From IMG/VR virus record IMGVR_UViG_3300036715_000919: 64,000 nt of DNA, one strand, 5' to 3'. Below, one piece after another: positions 19,192 to 27,933 of the stretch. This DNA comes from an uncultured virus (IMG/VR IMGVR_UViG_3300036715_000919) (lineage: Duplodnaviria > Heunggongvirae > Uroviricota > Caudoviricetes). The notes beneath the pieces were generated by a model. The model was given only the letters and a program-made list of their open reading frames with translations. It was not told where the DNA came from and did not search any database. The stretch's first letter is position 1. Every line of letters starts with the position of its first letter. The position numbers were made by a program, and so were the translations under genes.

Positions 19192-19254
19192 AATACAAAT
19201 GCTCGGAGCGAAGCACCACGTCAGCCCGTATTGAATAAAGCACATTGTTGGCTG
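19155..19254 (+). repeat. attC-like site 3, perfect 30-bp inverted repeat
   Basis: 19155-19184 is the exact reverse complement of 19225-19254; cores AGCCAAC/GTTGGCT. Confidence 0.8.
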
Positions 19255-19315
19255 ATGTACGGTTTATAGTAAGATAGTCAGGTTTAACCTTATTTATTAA
19301 CTACAAAACATAAAA

Positions 19316-19624
19316 ATGGAACATACAAAAGAAGCACAAGAGTTTTTTGAATTATTTAGAAATGTCAGAAATGAAATTGCAACAGAAGATGGCTACCATT
19401 TAGCTGCCGCAATTATGCTAACATTTGATAGATGGAATGCATGGCGTTATGATATGCCTGATTTTGATGGCGAATATCTATGCTATATCAGAAGAAATAA
19501 TGAATGTGGTACAGTATCTTATTACAACCAAGTCTGCCAATGTTTAATTAATAACTGGATATTGAAAGACAGCGAAACCGTTTTAGCATGGCGTAAAGTG
19601 TCAAATAGCGGAGTGGTAGTATAG
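19316..19624 (+). CDS. Hypothetical cassette protein (DUF551-like C-terminus)
   Basis: 'MP..DGEYLC...W......VLAW' pattern. Confidence 0.55.
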   Translation: MEHTKEAQEFFELFRNVRNEIATEDGYHLAAAIMLTFDRWNAWRYDMPDFDGEYLCYIRRNNECGTVSYYNQVCQCLINNWILKDSETVLAWRKVSNSGVVV

Positions 19625-19755
19625 CCTACAACGGCCAGGGCTTGCTGCTGCTGTGGCTTTAGGTGTCAGACCCCAAACGTACTTAGTTGGGCTTTGCAAA
19701 TAGTTGAAGCTAACAACGTCAAGCCACAGTAGAAGCAAACCAAATGTTGTAGGCT
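19623..19755 (+). repeat. attC-like site 4
   Basis: AGCCTACAAC ... GGCTTGCTGCTGCTGTGGCTT / AAGCCACAGTAGAAGCAAACC ... GTTGTAGGCT. Confidence 0.75.
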
Positions 19756-19801
19756 GAACGGGCTATTACTTAGGGATTGTCAAACCAAAAAATAAAACAT
19801 A

Positions 19802-20167
19802 ATGATTAACGAATTAGCAAAAGAAATTTACAAAGCCAATGTTGCAAAAGGCTTTTATGAAAAAGAAAAAAACACTGGCGAAATGCTTTGCCTTATCCAT
19901 AGCGAAGTATCAGAAGCATTAGAAGCTGACCGAAAAGGAAAGTTTTTTGAAGGTGCAATACAAGGTGTGAATGGTTGGGTAGCTGATGAAGATTTCAAGG
20001 CTTCATTTAACAGCCACGTTAAAGGCACATTTGAGGAAGAAATGGCTGATATTTTCATTCGGGTTTTAGATATGTGTGCTTACAGAGGAATTGATTTAGA
20101 GCAACACGTCAAGGCTAAAATGAGATACAATTCATTACGTCCACACAAACACGGCAAAACGTACTGA
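19802..20167 (+). CDS. MazG-like NTP pyrophosphohydrolase
   Basis: LIHSEVSEALEA...EEEMADIFIRVLD...KMRYN..R..KHGK. Confidence 0.85.
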   Translation: MINELAKEIYKANVAKGFYEKEKNTGEMLCLIHSEVSEALEADRKGKFFEGAIQGVNGWVADEDFKASFNSHVKGTFEEEMADIFIRVLDMCAYRGIDLEQHVKAKMRYNSLRPHKHGKTY

Positions 20168-20221
20168 TAGTATTGCTTGCAACTCATAAATAGACGCAAT
20201 TCAATAAATTGAACTAAAAAT

Positions 20222-20425
20222 ATGAAACATTCAGAATCAATTTGTAGCGAAATATCCAGGCTAATGCAGGAAGGCAATCTATCAAATATTGACTTGGTGC
20301 AAATTATTGAACATTGTGGATTGTATTTAAATCTGGCAACAGAACACTTCTTTGCAAAACCGGAAAGGGCTTTAACGATGACTGGCATTTACAACTTTAT
20401 AAATGGAAAAGATGAAAGAATTTAA
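20222..20425 (+). CDS. Small hypothetical protein, probably chimeric at the insertion boundary
   Basis: LVQIIE.CG.YLNL N-part; character changes near 20340-20373. Confidence 0.4.
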   Translation: MKHSESICSEISRLMQEGNLSNIDLVQIIEHCGLYLNLATEHFFAKPERALTMTGIYNFINGKDERI

Positions 20426-21644
20426 TAGCGTCAAAGACGAAATCCAGCAGCAGGCTCATGCAGTTTGGCTTGCTACTGGTAGGAATGGCACACTGGCCTG
20501 TGGCACCGGGTTTGGAAAGAGTAGAGTTGCTGTATTAGAAATTGAAAGAATGATTGAGAATGTAAAGTTTGATGGGCTTCAACACATACTTATTGTCTCT
20601 CCAACTGAAAAATTGAGAGATGAGAATTGGCCCGCTGAGTTTGATAAATGGGGACACTCTGATTGGGCATGTATGATAGAATCTATCTGCTTTGCATCGC
20701 TCAAGAATAAGATGAATTCTCCAAATCAATATAAGTTAATCATACTTGACGAAATTCACAAGCTAACCTCTCTATCAGCTTCAGCATTTATAGAAACTGG
20801 TGAAGACATTCTTACAACTTTCATGGCATCCAACTTAGCAGACGCAGTTATGGGACTCACTGCTACCGTACCAGATCCAAAGCGTGATCCGGAGAAGGCT
20901 GCTATCATTGCCAAGATTGCACCTGTAGTTTTCACGTACTCTCTGGATCAGGGAGTAGCCGATGGCATGATTGCAGACTATGAGATCAGGGTCATTGAGA
21001 CTTACCTGGATGACAGTACTAAGAATATCACTGCCGGTACTAAGACTGCTCCCTTCATGACTACTGAGTATGCTCAGTACAATTACCTGGAGAAGCAAAT
21101 CAAGAAATACCGTGCACAGGCTGGTGGAGCAAGTAATCCTAAGACTAAAGCAGGACTAGAGAAGCTGGCCATGTTCGCCACGATGGCGAGGAATAGATTC
21201 ATCTACAACTTACCCAGTAAGACAGCGTTGGCTGCCAAGTGCATCAAACAGATCTCTGCTGGAAAGAGGACATTGGTCTTCTGCGGTAGCATTGCTCAAT
21301 GCGAGCTGCTGTTGGGTGACAAGGTGTACCACAGTAAGAGTGGATCTGTCGCCTTCAACAAATTCAATGCTCAGCAGATAGATATTCTCGGTGTGGTCAA
21401 CGCAGCTAACGAAGGGATCAATTTTGTAGACCTGGATCAAGCACTCATCCTCCAAGTGGATAGCAATGAACGCAATTTAGTCCAGCGCACAGGTCGTGTC
21501 TTGCGACTTCGTGATGGTCACAAAGCTATCATCTACATCCTGTGTGTTCAAGGCACAGCAGATGAACGCTGGCTGGAGAAGAGTCTCCAGGGATTTGATC
21601 AGAGTAAGATACAATATTTCTCATCTAAAAGTGTACCGGCATGA
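20403..21644 (+). CDS. Superfamily 2 helicase (UvsW/XPB-like)
   Basis: GTGFGKS, DEIH, GLTAT, NEGIN, QRTGRVLR. Confidence 0.9.
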   Translation: MEKMKEFNSVKDEIQQQAHAVWLATGRNGTLACGTGFGKSRVAVLEIERMIENVKFDGLQHILIVSPTEKLRDENWPAEFDKWGHSDWACMIESICFASLKNKMNSPNQYKLIILDEIHKLTSLSASAFIETGEDILTTFMASNLADAVMGLTATVPDPKRDPEKAAIIAKIAPVVFTYSLDQGVADGMIADYEIRVIETYLDDSTKNITAGTKTAPFMTTEYAQYNYLEKQIKKYRAQAGGASNPKTKAGLEKLAMFATMARNRFIYNLPSKTALAAKCIKQISAGKRTLVFCGSIAQCELLLGDKVYHSKSGSVAFNKFNAQQIDILGVVNAANEGINFVDLDQALILQVDSNERNLVQRTGRVLRLRDGHKAIIYILCVQGTADERWLEKSLQGFDQSKIQYFSSKSVPA

Positions 21645-21866
21645 AATACTACTTTGTGAGCTATCATTTTAATAATACAACTCAATCAGGGTGTGGTAAT
21701 ATTACATCTCAACGATCTTCTATGTTTTCGAATTTAGGACTTACAACTATGATAGCAAATAACCTTACAAAAAAGGGATTTTCTGCTACTCCAAATCAAG
21801 TAGTATTACTCTACTGGCAAGAGATTTCATTGGAAGAATATACTGCTTACAATTCAACAGACAATA

Positions 21867-22415
21867 ATGAACTTAAAGGAAACAGTACAGCAACTGATGG
21901 AACACGGCTACCTGGTGTCGATCAAGGGGAAGTACAAAGTGACAGCGAAGTTCAACAAGGAGATGACCGGGAAGGAAGTGGGTCTGCTGGTAGTGAAGGG
22001 AGTGCCGACAGTGATCGAATCGGACCAACTAATCCCGACTGGCCTCCAGGTAAATGGCGTCACGGTTGACTGGCGTCAACTCTATCTCAACTTCATCAAG
22101 GAAGCTGAAGTACCTACTCATGGAGAGGGAAGAGATGGACGCTACGATACTAATAAGTATTCTGAACCAGCAATGAAAGCATTCAGGAAAGCAATCGAGA
22201 GTGGCATCAACTATCCTGTTCTGGTGAAAAGCACAATGCTCTATTACAAGACGAGGAGAAGTTACCCACTCAAGATTGGGAATTACATAGCTGATGGTGC
22301 GTGGAGGAGTGACTACGAGGCATTGCTATCATCAGCAGAAGATGGAACAATTATCAATCACATTCAAAAAGAGATAGATGACAACACAGAATTCTCAAGA
22401 TTCAAACTCGGTTGA
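21867..22415 (+). CDS. Hypothetical protein preceding DnaB (possible loader/initiator)
   Basis: 182-aa ORF with a wHTH-like N-terminus; genomic position. Confidence 0.55.
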   Translation: MNLKETVQQLMEHGYLVSIKGKYKVTAKFNKEMTGKEVGLLVVKGVPTVIESDQLIPTGLQVNGVTVDWRQLYLNFIKEAEVPTHGEGRDGRYDTNKYSEPAMKAFRKAIESGINYPVLVKSTMLYYKTRRSYPLKIGNYIADGAWRSDYEALLSSAEDGTIINHIQKEIDDNTEFSRFKLG

Positions 22416-22531
22416 GTACTATGTAGGTTTTGATCCTTACAAGAGGGAAACTAAGTGGCAAAGACTCCTGATATTTCTGAGGTTACGTAAGCGTGACAAG
22501 AGTGTTGTTACCTTCTATAAAAAATATCCTG

Positions 22532-23746
22532 ATGGAACAATTGAGTACCTCGGCAAAAAAGCCTAAAGTAATCTGGCAACTCCCGGATGAGGAAGTTGCC
22601 TGGCCAGAGCTTGAAGCCAAGTGGGCAGATCAGGAAGAAGACAATAGTTTTATTGCCCAGGTTACCCGTGGAAGAGAAGGATTGAATGAGGGGATTGATA
22701 ATGGGTTGAAGAATATCAATGTTCACATTCACGGGACACACCGGGCCAGATACATACTCATCGGTGCAGATTCTGGAGTTGGTAAGACAACCATAGCTGA
22801 CTTCATGTACTTCTATTCTCTCTGGAGAGCTGCAAAACTCAAAGGAATTAAACTCTACATCAAGTACTTCTCATTCGAGTTATCTGCTGCAGAAAAGAAA
22901 GCCAAGTGGGTGTGTCAATGGATAAAAGCAATGTTCAGTATTGACCTGTCTACGGACTATGTCATGGGTAGGATACCCGGTCTGCTGTTGAGTGAGGAAC
23001 ACCTCAAGTTAGTAATGCGTGCTTACACAGTAGTAGAAGAAGTACTGAAAGATGTAACCATGATTGATCACATGCTTCATCCAACTGGTATGCTCAATAC
23101 CCTGATAGAGGAGCATTATGAGAAGATTGGAATCGTGACCAGAGATGCTCCTAAGGAGGGTAGAAAAAAGGGAATAATCAGGAGCTATAAGCCCAATGAT
23201 CCTTCGGCAATGACAGTGGTAATTGTGGATCACTTAGCCCTAATCAATGTGGAAGCCGGCTGTATTTCTACCAAACAGATCATGGACAGATGGTCAATGT
23301 ACAGTGTACAGTTGAGAAACATCTTTCAGACTACTCTCATCCAGATACAACAGTTTTCAACAAGCATGATGAGTGCTTACAGAGAACAGAAGAAGAGTGA
23401 AGTGGCTATAGCACCACAGCGACTTGACTTCGGTGACTCATCATATACATTCCGGGATGCGGATCTGGTTTTTGGATTGGTGAAGCCGATACAGTACAAT
23501 CTTAAAACCTTTATGGGTTACCAGATTGAAGACATTGCACAATACTTCATTGCACTTTACCTCATGAAGCACAGGTATGGACCAGCAGATCGCATGATCC
23601 CACTGTTCATGAATCCCATCTCAGGTATGTTCTATGACATGCCACTTGACCCGATGAGTGCATCAATGAACTTTTTTATAACAGAAGCTAAAAGGATAGA
23701 AAACGTATGTCTACAATTCAACTCCCCACAAGGGAAACCCCAGTAA
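22532..23746 (+). CDS. DnaB-like replicative helicase
   Basis: GADSGVGKTT, FSFEL, IVDHLAL, QIQQF, DADLVFGL, KHRYG. Confidence 0.88.
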   Translation: MEQLSTSAKKPKVIWQLPDEEVAWPELEAKWADQEEDNSFIAQVTRGREGLNEGIDNGLKNINVHIHGTHRARYILIGADSGVGKTTIADFMYFYSLWRAAKLKGIKLYIKYFSFELSAAEKKAKWVCQWIKAMFSIDLSTDYVMGRIPGLLLSEEHLKLVMRAYTVVEEVLKDVTMIDHMLHPTGMLNTLIEEHYEKIGIVTRDAPKEGRKKGIIRSYKPNDPSAMTVVIVDHLALINVEAGCISTKQIMDRWSMYSVQLRNIFQTTLIQIQQFSTSMMSAYREQKKSEVAIAPQRLDFGDSSYTFRDADLVFGLVKPIQYNLKTFMGYQIEDIAQYFIALYLMKHRYGPADRMIPLFMNPISGMFYDMPLDPMSASMNFFITEAKRIENVCLQFNSPQGKPQ

Positions 23747-24516
23747 AGGCCACGAGGATAGGACCTCGTATCGCCATATTTTATAGTTTGCCTAAGGTTG
23801 GCAAAACACAACAACTCACGGAGTTAGCAATTAAAGAAAACTGTCTCATTATTGATGCAGAGCGTGGTACAGAAACCTACGATACTACTACAATTAAAGT
23901 GGGCTCTATCGGAGAGATCTATAATGTAATTGCTGCTATTAAAGAGCAAGGAGGTAAGAATGCTGCTGCTGGAAAGAAAGGAATGGATTTGTTCCCATAC
24001 AAATTTATTGCTCTGGATACTCTTGATAAGATCGAGGAATTAGCAGAGGTTTATGCAACTAAAGTGTACAAAGACACAGTAATTGGAAAGAATTTCAAAG
24101 GCGCCAGTGTATTAGAACTACCACAAGGTGGTGGATATTACTATCTCCGGAATGTGATTACAGAACTTATTGATGATTTGGCTGCCATTTGTCCTTATCT
24201 GATTCTCATCGTTCATGTGAAGGAAAAGATCATGCTGGATAAAGCTAATCAGGAAGTGAAAGTAAATGACATTTCCCTGGCTGGTAAACTCAGCTCTATC
24301 GTATGTGCCAAGGCAGATTGCATCTCATATCTGTATCGTAACCAGAGGGGTGAAATGAGGATGAGCTTCAATACTTACGATGGGGCAGTGATGGGTGCCA
24401 GACAGCGATACCTCGCCGGACAAGACTTTCCCTTTTCATGGGAGACAATTTACCCCGACGTATTTCCTCAATCTACAGCAGATGTAAGTACACCTGCTGT
24501 AGCTCAAACTGTTTAA
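23707..24516 (+). CDS. AAA_24/Sak4-like P-loop ATPase
   Basis: YSLPKVGKT, IIDAERG, LDTLDKIE, GGGYYYLR. Confidence 0.8.
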   Translation: MSTIQLPTRETPVKATRIGPRIAIFYSLPKVGKTQQLTELAIKENCLIIDAERGTETYDTTTIKVGSIGEIYNVIAAIKEQGGKNAAAGKKGMDLFPYKFIALDTLDKIEELAEVYATKVYKDTVIGKNFKGASVLELPQGGGYYYLRNVITELIDDLAAICPYLILIVHVKEKIMLDKANQEVKVNDISLAGKLSSIVCAKADCISYLYRNQRGEMRMSFNTYDGAVMGARQRYLAGQDFPFSWETIYPDVFPQSTADVSTPAVAQTV

Positions 24517-24902
24517 CTATGTTACAAAATAATAACTTACACTTGACTTTTGATCCAAGTGAGGCTAAAGTATTAGGTGTATTTGGTGAACTTATTCATG
24601 TAAAAGTTTCAGATAGAATACTACAAATTCCCGAAGAAGAATACTTGAAAATATGGAAAATTTGGATTGAAAGTAAGCGGAATTACTGAGAAAGATTTGA
24701 ACACTACCGCGGAGTTATGGGATATACTGTACCAATTGATTTTATACAAAGTTCAGACATTACTATCAATGAATGAGATGAGAGGTACAGTGTTTTCAAA
24801 TAAGTAATTTTTCCATCTTTCATTGTTACCAAATTTGAAGATCTCTGTGACTTCGAACATGGGTAACAGAATTAATCACGTATTTATAAATCAATCATAA
24901 TT

Positions 24903-25685
24903 ATGTTAGATTTCTTAGCAAAAGCTACCATCGCAGATGTAGCAGAAAAAACCACAGGACGCACTGGCGGGCCTCGTAAACAACGCAATCCAGAGGGATT
25001 AGCTATCAGGGTATTCCGTGACGGAAGTGTGTTCCCTTCAACAGAGTTGATTGCCAAGTTCAACCTGGAGTACAAATCAAAGGGTACCGAAGCAGGCACC
25101 AACGGGTTCGATGTAATTGATACAGATTTGTATCCGTCATTTGAGATTGGCAAACGTATCCTGATTATTCTGCCTACCAGCAAAACTGCTCCTAAAGTAG
25201 ATCTGTTTGGTTCAACTACCTATGATGAGGCCGGTGCTCCCAAGAGCAGCGTGCTTGACCAGGGTAGCAAGACCTTTGGTATGGATGATTTGATTCCTTC
25301 TATCGAAGCCATCTATGGTATAACATTCTTCAAACCTGAAGTATTGGCCAAAGGTGACGTGTTGCCTCAGCCGGAAGTAGTAGGTGTTGAATATGTGGAC
25401 ATGGTATTGGTATCTAATCCAACTACAAACAAACCATGGGGATTACCTAATGGTAAGACTGTGACTTACATTCCAAAGAAGGTAAGCCGTGGTGCCGATA
25501 AAGGAACTGTTACCACTATTCGCCGGGAAAATCCCGAGTTCTACGCTTTCCTCCCTGCTGAGATGTTGAAAGAGGAAGAGCAACCTGCTGGTATTCAGCA
25601 GGATGTATCTGATACTACAGAATTAATAGAAGAAACGGAAGAAATGTATGCAGATGCCGAGAATATGACGCCGGTAAGACTATAG
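24903..25685 (+). CDS. Hypothetical protein with acidic tail
   Basis: 260-aa ORF. Confidence 0.65.
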   Translation: MLDFLAKATIADVAEKTTGRTGGPRKQRNPEGLAIRVFRDGSVFPSTELIAKFNLEYKSKGTEAGTNGFDVIDTDLYPSFEIGKRILIILPTSKTAPKVDLFGSTTYDEAGAPKSSVLDQGSKTFGMDDLIPSIEAIYGITFFKPEVLAKGDVLPQPEVVGVEYVDMVLVSNPTTNKPWGLPNGKTVTYIPKKVSRGADKGTVTTIRRENPEFYAFLPAEMLKEEEQPAGIQQDVSDTTELIEETEEMYADAENMTPVRL

Positions 25686-25748
25686 GAATAAAGCTCTATA
25701 GAGACTTGAAATTATCAGGTAATCTACTGGTAGCTTAGACGTCCTTTT

Positions 25749-25781
25749 GAGGCAGAGAAGATTCTATTCTCTGCCTCTTTT
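25749..25781 (+). terminator. Intrinsic terminator
   Basis: GAGGCAGAGAA...TTCTCTGCCTC followed by TTTT. Confidence 0.75.
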
Positions 25782-25808
25782 ATCTCTTTCACATTTAAAG
25801 TATATATT

Positions 25809-26528
25809 ATGATTGGTGTTGGAATTAATTCCGATATAGTTATCAAATCTGCTGTTATCAATGACAAGAAACGGTTAGAATTGGAACTTATTGAAGCAAA
25901 CAAAGTGGGCACAGTTAAGAAGAGTGTATTCGATACGCTGTTAACTGCCCGTACCGCAGAAGAAGGTACAAGTTTTAAACTGAGCATCTTTGGCCCATTG
26001 TTGCCAAAGAAAGATGACCAGAAAACAGAAAAGAAAGTTGAACTGATTGGCCTGGATCTGACCAAACTGATCAAACAGTTGAGTCAAATACTGGAACAGT
26101 TTATTCCCGTTGACCAGATTGACCTGGATAGTCTGGATGTACAGTTTGCGAACACTGGTATTACTGATGGTGCTTCCTTTGAAGCTCGTATCCTGGACCA
26201 GGATGTGCTCAACCGTATTTACGATAACATTGCCTCTAAGTTCATTACACTTATCACTCCTTTCGTAGGGTCTGTTGATAATGCTGTAAGGTTTAAACTC
26301 ATCCGGCAGAGTAAGGATAAGCATTACGCTTCAATACCCAGTAGGTTCATAGCTGATAATCCGTTCATTGAACTGATGACGGTGCCTGCCGATCAGAGCA
26401 GGGTGAAGTTTACTAAGTGGGAATTGGAACAGGGCCTGGACAGTGGGGCGCCTATAGCAGCAGCTGATAAAGCTGAAGCTAAACAGGCTGCGACAGTAGA
26501 TGCCAATCCATTTGCACCACAGCCCTAA
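25809..26528 (+). CDS. Putative single-stranded DNA-binding protein
   Basis: Position before primase; flexible Ala-rich tail ending ANPFAPQP; function inferred. Confidence 0.45.
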   Translation: MIGVGINSDIVIKSAVINDKKRLELELIEANKVGTVKKSVFDTLLTARTAEEGTSFKLSIFGPLLPKKDDQKTEKKVELIGLDLTKLIKQLSQILEQFIPVDQIDLDSLDVQFANTGITDGASFEARILDQDVLNRIYDNIASKFITLITPFVGSVDNAVRFKLIRQSKDKHYASIPSRFIADNPFIELMTVPADQSRVKFTKWELEQGLDSGAPIAAADKAEAKQAATVDANPFAPQP

Positions 26529-26540
26529 ACTTACTCACCT

Positions 26541-27488
26541 ATGATACTCGGATTCCTGGCTGATGAGGAGACCTTACTACAGCATATTGATGAGTACACG
26601 TTGTACTGTCACTACCTGGGGTTTGCTCCTGAAATTAAACTGAACTATAATTCTCCACTTAGACAAGGAGATGAATCTCCCTCATTTGGAATTTACAACT
26701 GTAAGAAACTAAATAGAGAGTTCATGTGGAAAGATAGTGGGGGATTGGGAGACAGTGGGGATATATTCAAGTTGATAAAGAAGCTTTATGGGTACCAGAC
26801 AACAAGAGAAGTATTGACTCGAATCATGGGTGACTTCAATCTTGGCCCGAAAGCTGAGAAAAAAGATAAGATCGTTAAACAATCGCCAATCATAAGATCA
26901 GATGCGGATTATAGAATCAGAACAAAGAATTTCAGAACGGAAGATCTTATTTGGTGGTCGCAGTTTAACATCAAAGAACCTATTCTCGCTCAGTACAGGA
27001 CATCTGCATTGTATTGCTATTGGCTAAGTCCAAAACATAGAGTCCCGGTCTTTGTATCGGGACTCTCTTATGTTTACCGTGTGTATGACCGTTACCAGCT
27101 TTACTTTCCGGAAAAACCAAAGGGAATGAAGTTCAGGAATGATCTCCATGAGGAGCATGTGATGGGCATGGAACAGTTACAGGGGAAAGATACACTCATC
27201 ATTACTAAAAGTATGAAAGATGTAATGTGTCTGAGATCCTACGGGTATGATGCAGTAAGCCCAAGGAGTGAGAATACACCGATGCCAGAGCAGGCATTCA
27301 ACTGGTTCAATGAAAGGTACAAGAATATCTATGTGATGTTCGATAATGATATGAAACACCGTGGGGAATGGTATCCTTACCCAAAGATTTACGTGCCGGT
27401 TGAGACTGGCAGTAAGGATATATCAGACTTTACACGGGATTACTCACCACGGGCAGCCAGTGAGCTGCTGCAACAAATAGTACAATGA
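26541..27488 (+). CDS. DNA primase (crAss-type, Toprim)
   Basis: SPLR.....PSF, GDIF, IITKSMKDVM, SEN, FDND, KDISD. Confidence 0.85.
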   Translation: MILGFLADEETLLQHIDEYTLYCHYLGFAPEIKLNYNSPLRQGDESPSFGIYNCKKLNREFMWKDSGGLGDSGDIFKLIKKLYGYQTTREVLTRIMGDFNLGPKAEKKDKIVKQSPIIRSDADYRIRTKNFRTEDLIWWSQFNIKEPILAQYRTSALYCYWLSPKHRVPVFVSGLSYVYRVYDRYQLYFPEKPKGMKFRNDLHEEHVMGMEQLQGKDTLIITKSMKDVMCLRSYGYDAVSPRSENTPMPEQAFNWFNERYKNIYVMFDNDMKHRGEWYPYPKIYVPVETGSKDISDFTRDYSPRAASELLQQIVQ

Positions 27489-27639
27489 CAGAGGAAGAAT
27501 TACAAGTCTTGAAAGAGAAGGCTGCAAAATACGACGAGCTTGAAGAGGGCATTGGTAAATTTTATGATAAAGACGAAGACAATGATGATATTGATCTGGG
27601 TATCATCGGTGAATTTGCCGCTTCGTTCTTTGGCTATAT

Positions 27640-27933
27640 ATGAGTAATGAATTAACCCGGCGTGACATTGAATTAAGACTTGAGAAAGGTTTAGTCGGGA
27701 AGAACATTCAATTCCTCACCATTCACTCACAGCAGGTGATTGGAATGGTGCAGCGACTCTCAGTCAATATTGACATCGGAGAGGTAATGGTTGTATTCAC
27801 ACTTGGTAGTAAAGCAAAGTTAACCAGGTATGAATGTGACATCAGGTATTTTAACGAAAACACAGAAATTTTATATGGCGATACTTACACAGGAGACAAG
27901 CGAAATATCAGGCGGCTTCTCGAAAACGATTGA
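27640..27933 (+). CDS. Hypothetical protein
   Basis: Packed ORF. Confidence 0.5.
   Translation: MSNELTRRDIELRLEKGLVGKNIQFLTIHSQQVIGMVQRLSVNIDIGEVMVVFTLGSKAKLTRYECDIRYFNENTEILYGDTYTGDKRNIRRLLEND

Noticed and set aside
17279..19755. CRISPR array or IS/MITE interpretation of the repeats
   Set aside because: The repeats are long imperfect palindromes separated by whole genes, with no constant repeat-spacer period, transposase or per-element target duplications.
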